NCBI GenBank assembly: GCA_910577815.1
Contig: CAJTNO010000002.1
Span: forward strand, 192,985-256,984
From: an uncultured Christensenella sp.
Lineage (GTDB): Bacteria; Bacillota; Clostridia; Christensenellales; CAG-917
Direction of reading: 5' to 3'
DNA length: 64,000 bases
Shown here: positions 58,502-64,000 of the stretch, one piece after another
How the letters are laid out: every line of letters starts with the position of its first letter
Position numbering within the stretch: position 1 is the first letter of the stretch
Made by a program: the position numbers and the translations under genes
Notes under the pieces: model-generated
Told to the model about the DNA's origin: nothing
The model's input: the letters and a program-made list of their open reading frames with translations, nothing else
Databases searched by the model: none

Positions 58502-59316
58502 ATTCCCTCCACAAGCTCCTGCTCGGACGTTACAACCCCGTCAAACTCAAAGCCGACGTCCATAAGCGCGCGCGACAGCTGCGTAACGGGCGGAAGCGTA
58601 AGTCCGCACGCCTCCAGCTGTCCCGACGCAAACACCTCCTTCGGCGTTCCGTCCATAGCTATGCGCCCCTTACGCAGGACAATCACACGGCTCGCTATAG
58701 CCGCCTCCTCCATATTGTGAGTGATGTTTATTACCGTTATTCCCTGCTTGTTGAGCTTAAGAGCGATGTCCATAATCTCCTTTCGTCCGTTGGGGTCGAG
58801 CATAGAGGTGGACTCGTCAAGGATAAGTATCTGAGGCTCCATAGCAAGCACTCCCGCAATGGCGACGCGCTGCTTCTGCCCTCCGCTCAGCTTGGATGCG
58901 GTGCGACGTCTGAATTCGCTCATTCCCACCGCCTCGAGAGCCTCGTCCACGCGGCGGATGATATCCTCGCGCTCAATGCCTATATTTTCGGGACCGAACG
59001 CTATGTCGTCCTCGATTATGGTCGCAACCATCTGATTGTCGGGATTTTGAAAGACCATTCCCGCCTTCTTGCGTATCTCAAAGGTATTCGCATCGTCCTC
59101 GGTGCTGAGTCCGTCTATAAGAACCTCGCCGTCGGTTGGGATATACAAGCCGTTAAGCAGCTTTGCAAGCGTGCTTTTGCCGCTTCCGTTCATCCCCGCG
59201 AGCGCGACAAACTCGCCCTTGTCTATTGCAAGCGACACGTTTCTGAGAGCCTTTACGTTGTAGCCCTCCTTTACAGGGTAGGAATAGCTTACCCCTTTTA
59301 ACTCTATCAGGGACAT
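58483..59316 (-). CDS. ecfA1: energy-coupling factor transporter ATPase (EcfA1)
   Basis: Walker A GMNGSGKST, signature LSGGQKQR, Walker B LILDES. Start set at MSLIELKGV (59316). The ORF-track extension to 59382 adds an implausible hydrophobic leader. Confidence 0.9.
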   Translation of the reverse strand: MSLIELKGVSYSYPVKEGYNVKALRNVSLAIDKGEFVALAGMNGSGKSTLAKLLNGLYIPTDGEVLIDGLSTEDDANTFEIRKKAGMVFQNPDNQMVATIIEDDIAFGPENIGIEREDIIRRVDEALEAVGMSEFRRRTASKLSGGQKQRVAIAGVLAMEPQILILDESTSMLDPNGRKEIMDIALKLNKQGITVINITHNMEEAAIASRVIVLRKGRIAMDGTPKEVFASGQLEACGLTLPPVTQLSRALMDVGFEFDGVVTSEQELVEGICRVLK

Positions 59317-59413
59317 AAGCGGATTATAGCATAAAGACGTAAGCTTAGCAATTATTAAGGCGATAAAAAGGAATAATCGCAAACAAATAAATTAAAGCAT
59401 ATACTTCATTGTA

Positions 59414-59445
59414 AAATGAAAGCACCGCGTCGGGTGCTTTCATTT
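59414..59445 (-). terminator. rho-independent terminator after the SGNH lipoprotein gene
   Basis: 13-bp stem aaatgaaagcacc/ggtgctttcattt with a 6-nt loop. Confidence 0.75.
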
Positions 59446-59462
59446 TATTTATTTCGCATAAC

Positions 59463-61388
59463 TTAAACGCTCTGCTCGAGTACGACGGTAGCGTTCATAA
59501 ACTCCGCCTTAAACATAAGCTCCATAAGTCCCTTATTGTTTTTTGACAGGTCAAAAACGCAATACGGCTGCGTGGACGGATTTGCTCCGATATGGCTTAT
59601 ATGAATTCCCTTATACGCCGCGCCGTCGCTGCCGCTTACGTTCTTTATATAATACCGGCTGTCAAAGGTAAGCGTAAGCACCGTATCCTTAGGAAGCAGA
59701 GTGAGTACATCGGCGGGAAGCCGCATATTTTCGGCGACGTAAGCCATTATCTTTTTCACTCCGTCGTCATTATAATTCAGTCCCGTTAAATTAAAGCCGA
59801 GTCCGTTGTTTATTATATTTAACGCGCCCTCGAGGTCACCCGCCTCTATCCTCGCCTTGAAGCCCGGGAACATAGGCTCGACCATAGCGTCTATACCGCC
59901 CTCTATGTCGAAATTTTGTATTATCGAGCTTAAGTCCATATCGCCGACAAGCTTAAGTAATTCTTCAACGGGCAAGGTCTGTATCTGAATATGCACGCTG
60001 CCGTCCTTCTTAAACTCCGCATACGAGTTATCCATATTAAGCGCAAGCTTGGTCATAGGAACTAATATTATAGAATTAAATTGCAAAACCGACATCTTGC
60101 CGACGTTAAATCTGAAACGCATATCGGAAGCAAACGACGTTCCCGGATTATTGGTTGCAACCGAGCCTGCAGACACTACGGGAGTATATCCCTCTATTGC
60201 CGTAAAATATGCGAGCGTCACGTCAAGATACTTTTCCGCAGAATTTACAGCCGCAATAGCTGCCTCCGCGTCAAAGCCGTCTATCGGCTTAAACATACGG
60301 TTTATTTGTTCGACGCGCAACGCCTTGTAATTTTTAAGCGCGTCGGGAGAGGAAACCTTCATATCGTCAAGCAAATCCTGCGTCATTCCGGCAATGACCG
60401 CGTGTCCCATATTAGAGGGGTGCGTCCAATCCTGATAAATCAGCTTTCTGCCTAAGCTGTCGCCGCCGAGATTTACGCTGCCGTCCTTGTTTTTGTCAAG
60501 CTCTACAATCCTTTGAAACGCCTCGCGCGCGTCAAGCACCTTAAACGCTCCGGGATGTTCCGCAAGATAAGCGTCCAGTATTCCGTTAAGCCTGCCAAGC
60601 AGATAATCCGCAAGGCTTCTTATCTGCTCTATCGTGGAAATAGGCTCGCCTTTTTTTCCGAATCTGCCGTCGTCCGTTATATCCGAAAGCCTTTCAATCA
60701 CCGCGGAACTAAGGTGCTTGGAACCCTCGAAAAACGGATTGTAAACCTTCTGAAACACAATAGTGGCGGAGGGATTGAGCGCTTTTAACTCGTCCACGAT
60801 TGAAGCTATATCGCTCGCCGTGGGAGGAAACTTAAATTCTACCTTGAGGGGGTTGCCAAGCTCATCCTTTTTGTCTACGGAGTATCTGTAAACGGGCTTT
60901 TTCATACTTCCGTTTTCAAGTGCGTTTATAAGCGTATTGCCGTCGTTTGCATACTTATATTCGAATTGCGGGTCGGCAACCTCCAGCATCATAAGACCGA
61001 GGTCATACTGCAACACGTTGTTGCCAAGCACGGAGATATGTATCATATCCGCCTGACGAATATGCGTTCTCATAAGCACGGCGTTTTCATCCTTGCGCCG
61101 AATCACCTCAAGCAAGCCGTCGCCGCTCACTATGCCCGTAGAAGTCTTATGTCCGGATACCGAATGATTGTAATAATTAAAGCCGTTAGTCTTGCCGACT
61201 ATCGCATAATAACCGTAATTATCGCGCTCGCTGAGCGGAGACGGTCCGATAAGCGCCTCCGCAATACTGTCGCCGAGATATACGATAGTATACTTGTCCT
61301 CCGCTTGATTATTGCAAGCCGCAAGCCCCAATACCGTAAGCGCGACAAGCATAACCGCAAGCAAAATGCCCAATGTCTTTTTAGCCAT
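59463..61388 (-). CDS. SGNH/GDSL-hydrolase family lipoprotein with a large C-terminal extension
   Basis: 641 aa. Lipobox LGLAAC. GDS block IVYLGDSIAE. Unassigned C-terminal ~250 aa. Confidence 0.75.
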   Translation of the reverse strand: MAKKTLGILLAVMLVALTVLGLAACNNQAEDKYTIVYLGDSIAEALIGPSPLSERDNYGYYAIVGKTNGFNYYNHSVSGHKTSTGIVSGDGLLEVIRRKDENAVLMRTHIRQADMIHISVLGNNVLQYDLGLMMLEVADPQFEYKYANDGNTLINALENGSMKKPVYRYSVDKKDELGNPLKVEFKFPPTASDIASIVDELKALNPSATIVFQKVYNPFFEGSKHLSSAVIERLSDITDDGRFGKKGEPISTIEQIRSLADYLLGRLNGILDAYLAEHPGAFKVLDAREAFQRIVELDKNKDGSVNLGGDSLGRKLIYQDWTHPSNMGHAVIAGMTQDLLDDMKVSSPDALKNYKALRVEQINRMFKPIDGFDAEAAIAAVNSAEKYLDVTLAYFTAIEGYTPVVSAGSVATNNPGTSFASDMRFRFNVGKMSVLQFNSIILVPMTKLALNMDNSYAEFKKDGSVHIQIQTLPVEELLKLVGDMDLSSIIQNFDIEGGIDAMVEPMFPGFKARIEAGDLEGALNIINNGLGFNLTGLNYNDDGVKKIMAYVAENMRLPADVLTLLPKDTVLTLTFDSRYYIKNVSGSDGAAYKGIHISHIGANPSTQPYCVFDLSKNNKGLMELMFKAEFMNATVVLEQSV

Positions 61389-61483
61389 AATTCCCCCTTA
61401 GCTTTATATAAAGCAAAAATACACCTGTATTATATACTACAAGTGTATCTTTGTAAATATACAATTAAATATATTTTATAAAA

Positions 61484-61993
61484 TTATTCCTTTTCCGCAA
61501 AGCAAACGGTTTTCATCCTCTGCTCGGAAATCGGTCTGTCGCTGTAATCGGTAGCGACCGCCGCGATTTTGTCCACGGTTTCGATACCCTCGACGACTCT
61601 GCCGAAGGCGGCGTATTGTCCGTCGAGAAATTTAGCGTCCGCGTGGCAGATGAAAAACTGCGAGGACGCCGAATTGTAAAACTGACTGCGCGCCATAGAT
61701 ATAACGCCTCTTTCGTGCGAAAGCGGATTATTCACGCCGTTCACCTTAAACTCGCCCTTTATGGTCTGCTTGCTGCCGCCCATTCCCGTACCCTGCGGGT
61801 CGCCGCCCTGAATCATAAAGCCGGAAATCACGCGGTGAAAAATCAAGCCGTTATAAAAGCCCTGCGACACGAGATTTTTGAAATTCTCAACCGTTACAGG
61901 CGCTACGGACGGGTTAAGCTCTACAATTATGCTGTCGCCGCTTTGCATTTCGATTTTTACAAAATCAGTTGTTTTATCGGTATTTTTATACAT
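61484..61993 (-). CDS. ppiB: cyclophilin-type peptidyl-prolyl cis-trans isomerase
   Basis: 169 aa. FHRVISGFMIQGGDP and SQFFIC motifs. Confidence 0.95.
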   Translation of the reverse strand: MYKNTDKTTDFVKIEMQSGDSIIVELNPSVAPVTVENFKNLVSQGFYNGLIFHRVISGFMIQGGDPQGTGMGGSKQTIKGEFKVNGVNNPLSHERGVISMARSQFYNSASSQFFICHADAKFLDGQYAAFGRVVEGIETVDKIAAVATDYSDRPISEQRMKTVCFAEKE

Positions 61994-62017
61994 ATAAACC
62001 TCCGTTTATGCTTTTTG

Positions 62018-63217
62018 CTATATCAGATTTTTTGCAATAGACACCGCCGCGGCTTTTGCGCTGCTCCACGCCCATTGCAAATTGTATCCTCCGCAATCCC
62101 CGTCTATATCAAGCGCTTCGCCTATAGCGTACGCGCCCTTTACCTTTAAGGACATCAGATTTTCATCAAATTCTCTTATATCCAAACCGCCCGACATCAC
62201 CTGCGCAAGGCTGACATCGCCAAGCCCCTCTATCGTCAGCTTAAAGCTCTTTATTGCGCCCGACAATGCGCTGATTTTTGCCGCCGCACCGTCCTCCGCC
62301 CGACAGCCCGCCATATCTATTATGCGCTCCTGCACACGCGAATGAAACGTCCCCGTAAGCAGCTCGCCGACCGTCAGACCGCTGTCGCGGCGGCGCAGTA
62401 TATCCTCTACCTCCGCGCGCGAATACTCCGGCATAAAGTCTATGCTTATTACGTCGCCCGAGTGTACTCTGCCCCTCGCTATTTCTCCCGAAAGATTGAA
62501 CACCGCAATTCCGCTCAAGCCGAAATCCTTAAACAGAACCTCTCCCACTTCATATCTGTAGCCTATCCTTACTCCCGCCTTTACTCTCACGCCCTGCAAG
62601 CCCTTTATCGGCTCCTTTTCGGTTTTGATAGGCACAAGGCTCGGAGTCATAGGTCTTGCCTTATGTCCGAGTGCGGTGAACAGACTCGTGCTGTCCCTGC
62701 CGAAGGTAGCGGGCGAACCCGTCGCCAAAACTACGTTATCCGCGATAAATTTAAACGCTTCGTTAGGCTTGTCCTCGCGCTTGATAACTCCGCTGATATT
62801 AAAGCTGTCGTTGTAATTCTCTATGAAATTAACAAAATGAGAAGTGAACACGCTCACGCCGTTTCTCTCTACCGCTCTGCGCAGAATGTCAAGCACGCTT
62901 GAGGCGCACTCGCTATACGGATAAACACGCCTGTCTACAACCTTGGTTATAAGCCCCATCTTCTCAAACACGGCTATCGTGTTGTGCGCGTCAAATCTGT
63001 CTATTATATCCTCTACGACATTGGGCTTATTGTAATGCACTATATTCATATCGAGGTTTGTAAGATTGCACTTTCCGTTGCCCGTCGCAAGCAGCTTTTT
63101 ACCCACGCGGTCATTGCTCTCGGCAATCGCAATCCTCAAGCCCGAAGGCAGCTGAGAGGCAAGAAACAGCCCGCTTGCTCCGCCGCCTATTATTACTACG
63201 TCAAATTTTTCGGTCAT
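62018..63217 (-). CDS. HI0933/BaiN-family NAD(P)/FAD-dependent oxidoreductase
   Basis: 399 aa. N-terminal DVVIIGGGASGL dinucleotide fold, GNGKCNLTN motif, C-terminal GEALDIDGDCGGYNLQWAWSS. Confidence 0.85.
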   Translation of the reverse strand: MTEKFDVVIIGGGASGLFLASQLPSGLRIAIAESNDRVGKKLLATGNGKCNLTNLDMNIVHYNKPNVVEDIIDRFDAHNTIAVFEKMGLITKVVDRRVYPYSECASSVLDILRRAVERNGVSVFTSHFVNFIENYNDSFNISGVIKREDKPNEAFKFIADNVVLATGSPATFGRDSTSLFTALGHKARPMTPSLVPIKTEKEPIKGLQGVRVKAGVRIGYRYEVGEVLFKDFGLSGIAVFNLSGEIARGRVHSGDVISIDFMPEYSRAEVEDILRRRDSGLTVGELLTGTFHSRVQERIIDMAGCRAEDGAAAKISALSGAIKSFKLTIEGLGDVSLAQVMSGGLDIREFDENLMSLKVKGAYAIGEALDIDGDCGGYNLQWAWSSAKAAAVSIAKNLI

Positions 63218-63307
63218 ACGCCTATATTATCACACGGGAACGCTTTTGGCAATGCTCTTTAACGCTTAGGTTTTACAAACCAATTTTGGCAAAGTGCTTA
63301 AAAACAC

Positions 63308-63336
63308 TTGTCATTTACCGCAAATTATTGTAGGAT
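63308..63336 (+). promoter_or_regulatory. candidate promoter for tRNA-Val
   Basis: TTGTCA (63308-63313), 17-nt spacer, TAGGAT (63331-63336), 11 nt before the mature tRNA 5' end. Confidence 0.35.
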
Positions 63337-63347
63337 ATTAGCGTTAT

Positions 63348-63424
63348 GGAGGCGTAGCCCAGTTGGTTAGAGCGCCACGTTGACATCGTGGAGGTCACAA
63401 GTTCGAGCCTTGTCGTCTCCACCA
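63348..63424 (+). tRNA. tRNA-Val (anticodon GAC), CCA-encoded
   Basis: Folded by hand. Acceptor GGAGGCG/CGTCTCC (one G-U pair). Anticodon stem CCACG/CGTGG with loop TTGACAT. T-arm ACAAG-TTCGAGC-CTTGT. Discriminator A plus CCA. Confidence 0.9.
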
Positions 63425-63598
63425 TAACGATATAAGTCTAAATTGATATTCTTCGATTTAGGCTTATTTTTTTATAATTGACGGCTCGACGTGCGTTCCG
63501 CACCGTACGCTGATGCGTACGCTTGTGACCTACGGTCAAACTGACGCTCGCTAACGTATGCAAGCATACACGCTCCCTATTACGGCAGTCCCTGCCTA
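63404..63598 (+). repeat. repeat unit 1: A1 (last 21 nt of tRNA-Val plus terminator) and B (hairpin-rich ~120 bp)
   Basis: cgagccttgtcgtctccaccataacgatataa..cctaaattgat.ttcttcgatttagg recurs at 63404, 63599 and 63925. Unit 1 is 195 bp. Confidence 0.85.
63437..63473 (+). terminator. rho-independent terminator after tRNA-Val (also part of repeat A)
   Basis: Hairpin (t/c)ctaaattg-atattct-tcgatttagg followed by cttaTTTTTTT. Confidence 0.75.
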
Positions 63599-63924
63599 CG
63601 AGCCTTGTCGTCTCCACCATAACGATATAAACCTAAATTGATATTCTTCGATTTAGGCTTATTTTTTTATAATTGACGGCTCGACGTGCGTTCCGCACCG
63701 TACGCTGATGCGTACGCTTGTGACCTACGGTCAAACTGTACGTAATCACAGAATAGACAAGCGCAAAGCATTTGTATAGGCTGTGAGAAACGTACATAGG
63801 CAATATGAGCGGTGTTGTAAACACCATCGTGAATTTCACACAATGCGGTAGCATATCATATTGCCGTAGACGCTCGCTAACGTATGCAAGCATACACGCT
63901 CCCTATTACGGCAGTCCCTGCCTA
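63599..63924 (+). repeat. repeat unit 2: A2 and B' (B with a 131-bp insertion at 63739-63869)
   Basis: Near-identical to unit 1 on both sides of the insertion. 326 bp, which is 195 plus 131. Confidence 0.85.
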
Positions 63925-64000
63925 CGAGCCTTGTCGTCTCCACCATAACGATATAAGCCTAAATTGATGTTCTTCGATTTAGGTTTATTTTTTAATTTCA
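63925..64000 (+). repeat. third copy of A (tRNA 3' fragment plus terminator), truncated by the window edge
   Basis: Same 21-nt tRNA 3' segment and terminator with 2-3 SNPs. The sequence after the T-run appears to diverge, but only ~10 nt remain. Confidence 0.7.

Noticed and set aside
58483-59382. 22-codon N-terminal extension of ecfA1 (MRLFLFIALIIAKLTSLCYNPL)
   Set aside because: A hydrophobic leader is not expected on a cytoplasmic ABC ATPase. The conserved N-terminus starts at MSLIELKGV (59316).
63544-63620. Second and third tRNA-like segments as degenerate tRNA genes
   Set aside because: Only the 3' T-arm half plus the acceptor 3' strand is present. No complementary 5' acceptor strand, D-arm or anticodon arm can be folded.
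63438-63893. Two minus-strand ORFs (60 and 86 aa) sharing LTVGHKRTHQRTVRNARRAVNYKKISLNRRISI
   Set aside because: The shared peptide is simply the repeat translated. The ORFs run through the terminator hairpin and T-run, have no RBS and have a basic junk-like composition.
63404-64000. Possible CRISPR array next to the tRNA
   Set aside because: The repeats are ~70-76 bp and include tRNA sequence and a terminator. The 'spacers' are homologous to each other. There are only three copies and no cas genes in the window.

Overview
Chromosomal segment of a Bacillota (Clostridia-like, probably spore-forming) genome. Assignments rest on motif reading only; no database search was possible. About 42% of the window is one minus-strand ORF (2677-29583, 26.9 kb) encoding an 8,968-aa predicted lipoprotein. 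It has a canonical promoter, a GGAGG RBS, a type II signal peptide and a strong terminator. Its N-terminal ~6,650 aa contain 13 divergent copies of a beta-rich module that I cannot assign to any known family. Each module is followed by an acidic 'EA[LV]xTAD' peptide and is variably expanded by Tyr/Gly/Asp/Lys-rich inserts. The C-terminal ~2,300 aa look like an Ig-like (Big_4-like) array with no wall-anchoring motif. This gene is the main candidate for novel biology. The rest is mostly housekeeping: rqcP-ispDF, mfd-pth-glmU-like, tadA, rlmH, two CPBP proteases, a YycJ-like MBL hydrolase, glnS, truA, ecfT/A/A', ppiB, apgM and a HI0933-type flavoprotein. Smaller accessory items are a BclA-like collagen-repeat protein with a sigma-K-like promoter, an HxxxDG acyltransferase/esterase/membrane-protein cluster, and a zinc-ribbon plus two-membrane-protein operon. 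There is also an unannotated 33-aa hydrophobic peptide gene. At the right edge, the 3' end of tRNA-Val(GAC) plus its terminator occurs three times, bracketing two related hairpin-rich inserts.
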